This document shows, one piece after another, positions 28,321-37,195 of a stretch of 64,000 bases of DNA. Both the position numbers and the translations under genes were made by a program. Source of the stretch: an uncultured Acidobacteriota bacterium (GTDB lineage Bacteria; Acidobacteriota; Thermoanaerobaculia; Multivoradales; UBA5704); contig CAVWLA010000003.1 in the NCBI GenBank assembly GCA_963755825.1, positions 1,088,940 to 1,152,939 of the forward strand, given 5' to 3'. How positions within the stretch are numbered: the stretch's first letter is position 1; every line of letters begins with the position of its first letter. The notes below the pieces were generated by a model, which did no database searches, was not told the DNA's origin, and saw nothing but the letters and a program-made list of their open reading frames with translations.

Positions 28321-29592
28321 ATGCAGACAGAGGACTACGACGTCATCGTCATGGGCGGCGGCCCGGCCGGAGCCACCGCCGCCACCCTGGTCGCCGCCGG
28401 CGGCGCCCGTGTCGCGTTGATCGAGCGGCTGCCGGAGACCGGCTTCAAGATTGGCGAGTCGCTGATGCCGGAGAGCTACGAGACGTTCCGGCGCCTCGGC
28501 GTGCTCGACCGCCTCGGCGCCAGCTCCTTCCCGCGCAAGCACAGCGTGCAGTTCTTCTCCCCCGGCGGCCGCGCCTCGGCGCCGTTCTACTTCCGCGAGA
28601 CCGACGACAGCGAGGCCGCCGTCACCTGGCAGGTCACACGGCAGGAGTTCGACCGCCTGCTGCTCGACAACGCCCGCGATCACGGCGTCGACGTGCGCCA
28701 GGGCGCCATGGTGCGCGACGTGCTGTTCGAGGGCGACCGCGCCGTCGGCCTGCTGGCCGAGCTGCCCGGGGAGGGGGTGCGCGAGCTGCGCTGCCGCGTC
28801 GTCGTCGACGCCACCGGCCAGCGGGCGATCATCGGCCGCCGCCTGGGCCTCCTGCGCGGCGATCCGCAGCTGCGCAAGGCGGCGATCTTCACCCACTTCA
28901 AGGGCGCCCTCCGCGACCCGGGGATCGACGAGGGGGCCACCCTGGTGATCCACACCGACCACCAGGACTCGTGGTTCTGGTACATCCCCCTCGCCAACGA
29001 CATCGTGAGCGTCGGCGTGGTGGGGGCGATCGACTACCTGGTCCAGGGCCGCGCGGCCAATCCGCAGCAGGTCTTCGAGGAGGAGGTGGCGCGCTGCACC
29101 GCCCTGCAGCCGCGGCTGGCGGGGGCGACGCAGGCGATGGAGTTCCGCGCTCTGCGCGACTTCTCCTATCGCGCCGCGCAGGCGGCCGGCGACGGCTGGG
29201 TGCTGGTCGGCGACGCCTACCAGTTCCTCGACCCGATCTACTCGTCGGGCGTGCTGATCGCCCTCAACTCGGGCGAGGCGGCGGCCGACTCGATCCTCGC
29301 GGCGCTCGCCGCCGGCGACTGCTCCGCCGCCCGGCTGCGCACCTTCGAGCCGCGTCTGGTGGCCGGGATCGACGCCATCCGCCGGCTGGTCTACGCCTTC
29401 TACGACCCCAGCTTCCGCTTTTCGAAGTTCCTCCGCCGCTTCCCGCAGTACCGGCTCGACGTCATCAGCATCCTCCGCGGCAGCGTCTTCGGCAAGGACT
29501 TCCGCGGCCTGCTGGCCGCTCTCGACGAGGCCGCCCCGGCGCCGGAGGACGTCTTCGCGGCGGATCGATTCGGCGGGGAAATGCCGGCTTGA
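28321..29592 (+). CDS. Flavin-dependent halogenase-like protein (FAD-binding GxGxxG plus WxWxIP motif)
   Basis: N-terminal DVIVMGGGPAGATAA FAD-binding motif. KIGESLMP contains a Lys candidate for the catalytic residue. DSWFWYIPL is the WxWxIP motif diagnostic of flavin-dependent halogenases versus monooxygenases. Confidence 0.7.
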   Translation: MQTEDYDVIVMGGGPAGATAATLVAAGGARVALIERLPETGFKIGESLMPESYETFRRLGVLDRLGASSFPRKHSVQFFSPGGRASAPFYFRETDDSEAAVTWQVTRQEFDRLLLDNARDHGVDVRQGAMVRDVLFEGDRAVGLLAELPGEGVRELRCRVVVDATGQRAIIGRRLGLLRGDPQLRKAAIFTHFKGALRDPGIDEGATLVIHTDHQDSWFWYIPLANDIVSVGVVGAIDYLVQGRAANPQQVFEEEVARCTALQPRLAGATQAMEFRALRDFSYRAAQAAGDGWVLVGDAYQFLDPIYSSGVLIALNSGEAAADSILAALAAGDCSAARLRTFEPRLVAGIDAIRRLVYAFYDPSFRFSKFLRRFPQYRLDVISILRGSVFGKDFRGLLAALDEAAPAPEDVFAADRFGGEMPA

Positions 29593-30899
29593 GGATCGCA
29601 TTCGTCTCGGCCGGCGCCGCCAACATGTACTGCGGCAGCTGTCTGAACGACAACACCCTGGTCGCCGCGCTGCAGCGCCTCGGCCACGACGCGGTGCTGC
29701 TGCCGACCTACACCCGCCTGCGCACCGACGAGCCCGACGTCTCCGAGAAGCGCGTCTTCTTCGGCGCCCTGAACGTCTACCTGAAACAGGTGGCGCCCTT
29801 CCTCCGCCGCGGCCCCGCCCTCCTCGAGTGGCTGCTCGACCGCCCGGCGCTGCTGGCGCTCGTCGCCCGCCTCGGCTCCTCGACCGACCCCGCGCAGCTC
29901 GGCGCCCTCACCCTCTCCGTCCTGCGCGGCGAGGAGGGGCACCAGGAGCGCGAGATCGAGAAGCTGGTCGCCTGGCTCCGCGACGCCTTCCGGCCCGACA
30001 TCGTGCACCTGACCAATTCCATGTTCGCCGGCTTCGCCCGCCGCCTGAAGCAGGCGCTCGGCGTCCCCGTCGTCTGCTCGCTGCAGGGCGAGGAGCTCTT
30101 CCTCGAGAGCCTGCCGGCGCCGGTGCGCGCCGAGACCCTCGCCGTCCTCGCCGAGCGGGTGCAGGACATCGACCTCTTCTTCGCCCCCAGCCGCGCCTAT
30201 GCCGACTTCATGGCCGCCTACCTCGGCGTCGAGCGGCGGCGGATCGCGGTCGTCCCCCTCGGCCTCCACCTCGACGGCTACGGCGAGCGGCGGACGGCGG
30301 ACGCCGCCGGAGAACCTCTCGTCATCGGCTACCTCGCCCGCATCGCGCCGGAGAAGGGTCTCCACCTCCTCGTCGAGGCCTTCGCCGCGGTGGCGAAGGC
30401 GCTCGGGCCCGGCGGCGTGCGGCTCGACATCGCGGGCTACCTGCCGCCGCTCCATCGCCGCTACCTGGCAGGGGTCCAACAGCGGATCGCGGAGCTGGGC
30501 TTGAGCGGCAGCGTCCGCTACCTCGGCGAGGTCAGCCGCGAGGAGAAGATCCGCTTCCTCGGCTCGCTCGACGTGCTCTCGGTGCCCACCGCCTTCCGCG
30601 AGCCGAAGGGGCGCTACGTGCTCGAGGCGCTGGCGGCCGGAACACCGGTGGTGGTGCCTCGGCACGGCTCGCTTCCCGAGCTGATCGAGGAGACCGGCGG
30701 CGGCCTGCTCTTCGAGCCGGGCTCGACCGACGACCTCGCGAGGACGCTCCTCGCGCTGCTCGGCAACCCACTGCTGCGGGAGCAGCTGCGGCGCGCCGGC
30801 CGCGAGGCGGTGGCGAGGAAATACAGCGATCGAGCCGCCGCGCTCGCCACCCTCGCCGGCTACGAAGCCTGCCTCGGGCGGGCGCGCCACGTGGCATGA
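29589..30899 (+). CDS. Glycosyltransferase family 4 (GT-B, retaining)
   Basis: EX7E region FREPKGRYVLEALAAGTPVV. TTG start overlaps the halogenase stop. 436 aa. Confidence 0.8.
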   Translation: MRIAFVSAGAANMYCGSCLNDNTLVAALQRLGHDAVLLPTYTRLRTDEPDVSEKRVFFGALNVYLKQVAPFLRRGPALLEWLLDRPALLALVARLGSSTDPAQLGALTLSVLRGEEGHQEREIEKLVAWLRDAFRPDIVHLTNSMFAGFARRLKQALGVPVVCSLQGEELFLESLPAPVRAETLAVLAERVQDIDLFFAPSRAYADFMAAYLGVERRRIAVVPLGLHLDGYGERRTADAAGEPLVIGYLARIAPEKGLHLLVEAFAAVAKALGPGGVRLDIAGYLPPLHRRYLAGVQQRIAELGLSGSVRYLGEVSREEKIRFLGSLDVLSVPTAFREPKGRYVLEALAAGTPVVVPRHGSLPELIEETGGGLLFEPGSTDDLARTLLALLGNPLLREQLRRAGREAVARKYSDRAAALATLAGYEACLGRARHVA

Positions 30900-31615
30900 G
30901 CGAGCCCGGCGACACCGAGCCCTCGCGCGGGGCGGCCGCCGCGAGCGGCCTCGTGGCGCGGGAGGTCACCAAGAGCTTCGCCTTCGGCGATCGGGAGATC
31001 GCGGTCCTCCGCGGCATTTCCCTGGCACTCGCGCCGGCCGAGTCGCTCGCCATCCTCGGTCCCTCCGGCTCGGGCAAGAGCACCCTCCTCCACATCCTGG
31101 GGACGCTCGAGCGCCCCACCTCCGGGCGGGTGTCGCTCGCCGGGCAGGACCTCGGCTCGCTGCGCGAGCCGGAGCTCGCCCGCTTCCGCAACCAGCGGAT
31201 CGGCCTCGTCTTCCAGGACCACCACCTGCTCCCCCAGCACTCGGTGCTCGAGAACGTGCTGCTGCCGACGCTCGCCTTCCATCGCGGCTGGCGCGAGGCT
31301 CGGCCGCGCGCCGTCGAGCTCCTCCAGCGGGTCGGCCTCGGCGATCGGCTGCATCACCGGCCGGCCGAGCTCTCGGGAGGCGAGCGGCAGCGGGCGGCGA
31401 TCGCCCGCGCCCTCCTCCACCGCCCCGCTCTCCTCCTCTGCGACGAGCCGACGGGCAGCCTCGACCACGCCGCCGCCGAGGCGGTGATCGACCTCCTGCA
31501 CGAGCTTCGCCGCGAGGAGGGCGCCATCCTCGTCGCCGCCACCCACAGCCTCGAGCTCGCCGCCCGCTTCGGGCGCCGTGCGACCCTGCGTGACGGGCTG
31601 TGCTTCGCAGCCTGA
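30896..31615 (+). CDS. ABC transporter ATP-binding protein (LolD/MacB-type)
   Basis: Walker A GPSGSGKST, signature LSGGERQR, Walker B LLLCDEPTGSLD, H-loop ATHS. ATGA overlap with the GT4 gene. Confidence 0.9.
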   Translation: MSEPGDTEPSRGAAAASGLVAREVTKSFAFGDREIAVLRGISLALAPAESLAILGPSGSGKSTLLHILGTLERPTSGRVSLAGQDLGSLREPELARFRNQRIGLVFQDHHLLPQHSVLENVLLPTLAFHRGWREARPRAVELLQRVGLGDRLHHRPAELSGGERQRAAIARALLHRPALLLCDEPTGSLDHAAAEAVIDLLHELRREEGAILVAATHSLELAARFGRRATLRDGLCFAA

Positions 31616-34600
31616 GGCATTTCTGGGCGCTCCATCTCGCCGTCGTCCTGGCGGCTGCCGTCGCTGGCACCGTCGTCACCGGCTCGCTGGTGGTCGGCGA
31701 CTCGGTGCACGGCAGCCTGCGCGCCCTCTTCCTCGACCGCCTCGGCGCCACCGAGTCGGCCGTGGTGGCGGCGCGTCCCTTCCGCGCCGCCCTCGCCGCG
31801 GAGGTGGCGCGCCACCTGCCGAAGAGCGCCACCGTCGCGCCGATCCTCCTGCTGCCGGGGAGCGCCGCGCGTGCCGCCGCCGGCCCGCCCGATGCCGCCC
31901 CGCCGGTGCGGGCGACGGTCGTCGGCTACGACGAGCGCTTCGCGGCCCTCTATCCAGCAGAGGCGCTCGGGAAGCGAGCCGCGGGCGATCGCGGTCCTGA
32001 ACCCGGACCCGCTGGCAAGCCGGAGATTCGCTTCCCGCCGGTCCTCATCAACCGGACGCTCGCCGGCGCCGTCGGCGCGGCGACCGGCGACGACCTCCTG
32101 CTCACTTTCGAGCAGCCGTCGACCATCCCGCGCGACGCCCTCCTCGGCCACAAAGACAGCGAGAGCGTCGTCGCCAGCGGCCGCTTCACCGTCGCCGCCA
32201 TCCTCCCCGACCGCGGCGCCGGCGGCTTTGGGCTGGCGATCGGCCAGGCGATCCCGGCCAACGTCTTCGTGCCTCTTGGCACCCTGCAGCGGCGGACCGG
32301 CCTCGCCGGCCAGGCCAACGTCCTCCTCGTCGCGGCGGGCGCCGGCCGGGGCGCCGTGCGGCAGGCCATCCGCCGGAGCGTCGACCTCGCCGATCTCGGC
32401 CTCGCCCTGCGGCCGGCGCCCGAGCCCGGCGCCGCCGCGCTCGTCCTCGACAGCCGCGACTTCTTCCTGCCGGCGGCGGCGGAGAGCGCCGCGGCGGCGG
32501 CCGCGGCGGCGCTCCACGCCCGCGCCGAGCGGGTCTTCACCTATCTGGCGACCGCGCTCCGGGCGCACGGGCGCCTGGCGCCGTACTCGATGGTCGCCGC
32601 GATCGACCCGCTGCCGCCGCTGCCCCCGCTGCCCATGCTGCCGACGCTGCCAGCCGCCGGCGGGCTGCGCACGGCCGCGGGCGCGCCTCTGCCTCCCCTC
32701 GCCGGCGGCGAGATCGTCCTCGACGCCTGGGCCGCCGAGGCGCTCCAAGCCGTCCCCGGCGACGCGGTCGAGATGCGCTGGCTCCTCGCCGAGCCGGCTT
32801 CCGCCGGCCAGCCGTCGGCGTCGGCCGGCGCGAGCTTCCGCCTGCGCGGCATCGCGGCGATGGACGGCCTCGCCGCCGACCGCACCCTGACCCCGGCCCT
32901 CCCCGGCATCGACGCGGCGCCCGACATCGCCTCCTGGTCGGCCCCCTTCCCCATCGACCTCCACCTCGTCGGCCCGCGGGACGAGGCCTACTGGCACCGC
33001 TACGGCGCCACCCCCAAGGCGTTCGTGCCGCTGTCGACCGGGCGCCGGCTGTGGAGCAGCCGCTTCGGCGACCTCACCTCGGTGCGCATCGCCTTCCCCT
33101 CGCCGGCGGCGGCGAGCGCTCTCGCCGAGCCGCTCCGCCGCGATCTCCTCGCCCGCCTGCCGCTCGCCCCCTTCGGCTTCGAGCCGCGGGAGATCCGCGC
33201 CGAGGGGCTCAGCGCCGCCGACGCGGGGACCGACTTCACCTCGCTCTTCCTCGGCTTCAGCTCGTTCCTCATCGCCGCCGCGGTCCTCTTGACCGGCCTG
33301 GTCTTCTCCCTCGGCCTCGAGCGGCGGCGGCGGGAGATCGGCCTCCTCCTCGCGCTCGGCTTCCCGCTCGCCCGCGTCCGCCGCCGCTTCCTCGCCGAGG
33401 GCGCGGCGCTCGCCGCGCTCGGCGCCCTCGCCGGCCTCGCCGGCGCCTGCGGCTTCGCGGCCCTCCAGATGCGCGGCCTCGGCCTCTGGTGGCGGCCGGC
33501 GGTGGGCACCCCCTACCTCCGCCTCGTCGTCCAGCCGGCGACCCTCGCCGCCGGCTTCCTCGCCAGCGTCGGGGTGGTGCTCGTCGCCATCGTCGCCGGC
33601 GTGCGGCGGGCCGGCAGGCTCCCGGCGACGGCGCTCCTCGCCGGTGCCACGGGCCGCGGCGGCCCGCTCGCCGGAGCCGGCCGCGGCAGCCGCGGTCGCC
33701 CCGGCCGCGGCCTCCTCCTCGCCTTCTGGGGCAGCGCCGCCACCGGCCTCGCCCTCGCCGGCTGGCTCGCCGCGATCCGCTCGACCGGCCGGCCGCAGCC
33801 GGGGCTCGCCTTCGGCCTCGGCGCCTGCCTCCTCGCCGCCGGCGCCAGCGGCTTCGCCGTAGCCTGCCGGCGGGCGGGCAACCGGGAGTCGGAGCGCGGC
33901 GGCCTCGCCGCTCTCGCCCTCCGCGACACCGCCGCCGCGCCGGGCCGCGGGGTGCTCTCGATCGGCCTCGTCGCCTGCGCCTGCTTCGCCCTGGTGATGG
34001 TCGCCGCCAACCGGCGCGAAGAGCGCCAGCGGCCGGACTGGGCCGGCTTCACTCTCCTCGCCGAGTCGCAGGTGCCGCTCTATCAGGACCTCGGCAGCCC
34101 CGCCGGCCGCGAGGCGCTGGGGATCCCGCCGCAGGCCGAGGCCCTGCTCGCGGCGAGCTCGATCGTCGGCCTGCGCGAGGTGGCGGGGGACGACGCCAGC
34201 TGCCTCAATCTCTACCTGCCGCGCCGGCCGCGCCTGCTGGGGCTGCCGCCGGCCCTCCTCGCCCGGCGGGACGTCGCCTTCGCCGGCGCGCTGGGACCGC
34301 CGCCCGGCTCCCTGACGCTACTTCTTGGCGATGAGCGTGACGGGGCGCTGCCGGCGGTCGGCGACGAGCAGTCGGTGCGCTGGATCCTCCACCACGGCCT
34401 CGGCGACGAGATCCCCCTGGACGGCGCCGCGGGGCGGCGCCTGCGCCTCGTCGGGCTCCTCGCCGGCAGCCCGCTCCAGGGGGCGCTGCTGGTCTCCGAG
34501 CGCAACCTCCTGCGCGCCTTCCCCGCCCTCGGCGGGCGCCGGGTGTTCCTCCTCCGCCCGCCGCGCGGGCGCGAGCGGGAGGTCTCCCGCATCCTCACCG

Positions 34601-35055
34601 CGGCGCTCGGCGACCTCGGCTTCGCGGTGACGCCGATCGCCGAGCGATTGGCGCTCTTCCACGACGTCGAGAGCACCTACCTCGCCATCTTCCAGGCGCT
34701 GGGGAGCCTCGGCCTCCTCCTCGGCACGCTCGGCCTCGGCATCGAGCTGGTGCGCAGCGCTGTCGCGCGGCGCGGCGAGCTCGCCATCCTCCGCGCCTTC
34801 GGCTTCGGCCGCCGGCGCCTGGCGGCGCTCCTGCTGCTCGAGAACGGCCTCCTGCTGGCGGCCGGATTGGCGCTCGGCACCGGCGCCGGCCTCCTCGCCG
34901 CGGCGCTCGGCGGCGGCGAGCCCGGACCGTTCCCCTGGGGGCCGCTCGCCGCCACCCTCGGCGGCATCTTCGCCTGCGGCCTGGCGGCCTGCGCCGCCGC
35001 CGTCTGGACCGCCGTCGGCGGCCCGCTCGCCGCCCTCCTCAAGGCCGAGGCGTGA
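31600..35055 (+). CDS. ABC transporter permease with two FtsX-like domains (fused LolC/E- or MacB-like), 1151 aa
   Basis: N-terminal TM plus a large extracytoplasmic region, then a 3-4 TM FtsX bundle, twice. Arg-rich cytoplasmic loops. 16-nt overlap with the ATPase gene. Confidence 0.75.
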   Translation: MLRSLRHFWALHLAVVLAAAVAGTVVTGSLVVGDSVHGSLRALFLDRLGATESAVVAARPFRAALAAEVARHLPKSATVAPILLLPGSAARAAAGPPDAAPPVRATVVGYDERFAALYPAEALGKRAAGDRGPEPGPAGKPEIRFPPVLINRTLAGAVGAATGDDLLLTFEQPSTIPRDALLGHKDSESVVASGRFTVAAILPDRGAGGFGLAIGQAIPANVFVPLGTLQRRTGLAGQANVLLVAAGAGRGAVRQAIRRSVDLADLGLALRPAPEPGAAALVLDSRDFFLPAAAESAAAAAAAALHARAERVFTYLATALRAHGRLAPYSMVAAIDPLPPLPPLPMLPTLPAAGGLRTAAGAPLPPLAGGEIVLDAWAAEALQAVPGDAVEMRWLLAEPASAGQPSASAGASFRLRGIAAMDGLAADRTLTPALPGIDAAPDIASWSAPFPIDLHLVGPRDEAYWHRYGATPKAFVPLSTGRRLWSSRFGDLTSVRIAFPSPAAASALAEPLRRDLLARLPLAPFGFEPREIRAEGLSAADAGTDFTSLFLGFSSFLIAAAVLLTGLVFSLGLERRRREIGLLLALGFPLARVRRRFLAEGAALAALGALAGLAGACGFAALQMRGLGLWWRPAVGTPYLRLVVQPATLAAGFLASVGVVLVAIVAGVRRAGRLPATALLAGATGRGGPLAGAGRGSRGRPGRGLLLAFWGSAATGLALAGWLAAIRSTGRPQPGLAFGLGACLLAAGASGFAVACRRAGNRESERGGLAALALRDTAAAPGRGVLSIGLVACACFALVMVAANRREERQRPDWAGFTLLAESQVPLYQDLGSPAGREALGIPPQAEALLAASSIVGLREVAGDDASCLNLYLPRRPRLLGLPPALLARRDVAFAGALGPPPGSLTLLLGDERDGALPAVGDEQSVRWILHHGLGDEIPLDGAAGRRLRLVGLLAGSPLQGALLVSERNLLRAFPALGGRRVFLLRPPRGREREVSRILTAALGDLGFAVTPIAERLALFHDVESTYLAIFQALGSLGLLLGTLGLGIELVRSAVARRGELAILRAFGFGRRRLAALLLLENGLLLAAGLALGTGAGLLAAALGGGEPGPFPWGPLAATLGGIFACGLAACAAAVWTAVGGPLAALLKAEA

Positions 35056-35198
35056 GGCGAAAATTGACATACAATCGCAACGTTCACCGTGCTCTGTAGG
35101 GTCCGATGCGCGAACCTCGGGAGGCAGGAATCTCCGCCGCGGGGAGACCGCTGTCTCGCGCATCCAACAGCTTTCCGACGAGCGAAAGGGGATTGGCC

Positions 35199-35747
35199 AT
35201 GAAGCGGATCTTGATCGGATCTCTGCTGTCGGCAGTCGCGTTGTTCCTGTGGGGGTTCGTGTACTGGAACGTGCTGCCGTTCCGCAACTCCATCTACCAG
35301 TCGGTGCCGACCGAGGCGAGCGTCCTGCCGCAGCTCTCGGCCGCCATCCCGCACAGCGGCGTCTACCTGCTCCCCAACGTGGCGAACACCCCCAACGAGG
35401 CGGAGCTCAACAAGCTCTACAGCGCCGGGCCGATCGCCGAGATCATCTTCCTCAAGCACGGCGCGGAGCCCTTCAGCCCGTACATGTTCGTCCACGGCTT
35501 CCTCCACATGTTCATCGCCGCGTTCCTCATGGGGATCCTCCTCTCGCTCGCCCTCCCCGCCCTCGCCACCTACATGGACCGCGTCAAGGCGGTGGTCATC
35601 GCCGGGCTCGCCGGCAGCTTCTTCGCGCACCTGGGCGACCCCATCTGGTTCCACCACCCGTGGAACATGCACATCCTCCATTTCGTCTACGACCTCACCT
35701 GCTGGATCCTGGTCGGCCTCATCCTCTCGAGGTTCGTACGGAACTGA
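35199..35747 (+). CDS. Small integral membrane protein, unknown function
   Basis: 182 aa with 4 predicted TM segments and RBS AAAGGGGATTGG upstream of the ATG. GC is lower than neighbours. Confidence 0.5.
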   Translation: MKRILIGSLLSAVALFLWGFVYWNVLPFRNSIYQSVPTEASVLPQLSAAIPHSGVYLLPNVANTPNEAELNKLYSAGPIAEIIFLKHGAEPFSPYMFVHGFLHMFIAAFLMGILLSLALPALATYMDRVKAVVIAGLAGSFFAHLGDPIWFHHPWNMHILHFVYDLTCWILVGLILSRFVRN

Positions 35748-37168
35748 CGCACCCAACGGAGCCAGGCCCTGCCCGGGCGTTCGTCTCGGCGCTCGCGGCG
35801 CTCCTCCTCGTCGCCGGCGCCGCGGCCGCCGGCGGCGACAACTGGCCGTCATTCCGCGGCGCCGACGCCTCGGGCGTCGGCCAGGGTCCGGCGCCCACCA
35901 CCTGGAAGGTCGACAGCTCGCTCCACGTCAAATGGAAGGCGACGATCCCCGGGCTCGGCCATTCGAGCCCGGTGGTCTGGGGCGACCGCGTCTTCGTCAC
36001 CACCGCGATCACCAGCGCGAAGGAGGTCGAGTTCCTCCATGGCCTGACCGGCGAGCTGCATTCCGCCGACGACGTCTCGCCGCAGTCGTGGCGCGTCGAG
36101 TGCCTCGACAAGCGGACCGGCAAGGTGCTCTGGGAGAGAGTGCTCCATGAAGGGGTGCCGCGCAGCAAGCGCCACAAGCGCAACAGCTACGCGACGCCGA
36201 CGCCGGCGACCGACGGCCGACACCTCGTCGTCTCGCTGGGCTCCGAGGGGCTCTACGGGCTCGACCTCGACGGCAAGGTGCTGTGGACGCAGGACATCGG
36301 GACGATGAACGTCGGCTTCTACGCCGACACCAGCCTGCAGTGGGGGGTGGGGAGCTCGCCGATCCTCTACCGCAACCTGGTGATCGTGCAGGCCGACCTC
36401 GACCGCGGCTCGTTCCTCGCCGCCTACGACGTCGAGACCGGCAGGCAGGTGTGGAAGGTCGCCCGCGACGAGCACCAGTCGTGGAGCACGCCGACGGTCT
36501 ACGAGGGCGCGCCGCGCGACGAGCTGATCACCCTCGCGCCGCTCCACGCCCGCGGCTACGACCCCAGGACCGGCAGGGAGCTCTGGAGCCTGGGCTGGAA
36601 CATGGACATCATCCAGTCGACGCCGGTGGTCGCCGGCGGCCTCATCTACTTCACCAGCGGCAAGGGCCCGCGGCAGCCGATCGTCGCGCTGAAGCCGGGG
36701 GCGAGCGACGACATCACCCAGCAGCCCGACAAGCCCGCCGACCCGCACATCGTGTGGAGCAAGGACCGCTGGGGGCCGATCACCACCAGCCCGATCGTCT
36801 ACGGCGACTACCTCTACGCCCTCACCGACCAGGGCGTGCTGCGCTGCTTCGACGCCAAGACCGGCGAGCTGCTCTACACCCAGCGCATCCCCGACGAGTT
36901 CCTCGCCTCGCCGGTGGCGGCGGACGGCAAGCTCTTCCTGACCTCGGAGAACGGCGACGTCTACGTCGTCCGTGCCGGTCCCAAGTACGAGCAGCTGGCG
37001 ATGAACCCGATGGGCGAGACCTGCCTGCCGACGCCGGCCATCTCGGACGGCATCCTCATCATCCGCACCCAGCACTTCCTCTACGGCATCGAAGAGCCCC
37101 CCGCGGCTCCGGTACCGCCGGCGGCTTCGGCAGCCGCCGCAGCTCCCGTCCAGCCGTCCAGCCGATAG
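35660..37168 (+). CDS. Secreted PQQ-like beta-propeller repeat protein (BamB-like). Start is uncertain (GTG 35660 or CTG 35744); there is no ATG/GTG/TTG near the signal peptide.
   Basis: Signal-like [28 protein letters not shown], blades ([49 protein letters not shown]). Either start overlaps the upstream membrane-protein gene. Confidence 0.65.
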   Translation: MEHAHPPFRLRPHLLDPGRPHPLEVRTELTHPTEPGPARAFVSALAALLLVAGAAAAGGDNWPSFRGADASGVGQGPAPTTWKVDSSLHVKWKATIPGLGHSSPVVWGDRVFVTTAITSAKEVEFLHGLTGELHSADDVSPQSWRVECLDKRTGKVLWERVLHEGVPRSKRHKRNSYATPTPATDGRHLVVSLGSEGLYGLDLDGKVLWTQDIGTMNVGFYADTSLQWGVGSSPILYRNLVIVQADLDRGSFLAAYDVETGRQVWKVARDEHQSWSTPTVYEGAPRDELITLAPLHARGYDPRTGRELWSLGWNMDIIQSTPVVAGGLIYFTSGKGPRQPIVALKPGASDDITQQPDKPADPHIVWSKDRWGPITTSPIVYGDYLYALTDQGVLRCFDAKTGELLYTQRIPDEFLASPVAADGKLFLTSENGDVYVVRAGPKYEQLAMNPMGETCLPTPAISDGILIIRTQHFLYGIEEPPAAPVPPAASAAAAAPVQPSSR

Positions 37169-37195
37169 CCGCGCCGAGCCCCGGCGCCGGCGCCG

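Noticed and set aside
35062-35080. TTGACA immediately followed by TACAAT as a sigma-70 promoter
   Set aside because: The two hexamers are adjacent (spacing 0 instead of ~17 bp), so they cannot function as a -35/-10 pair. Kept only as a generic AT-rich upstream region.
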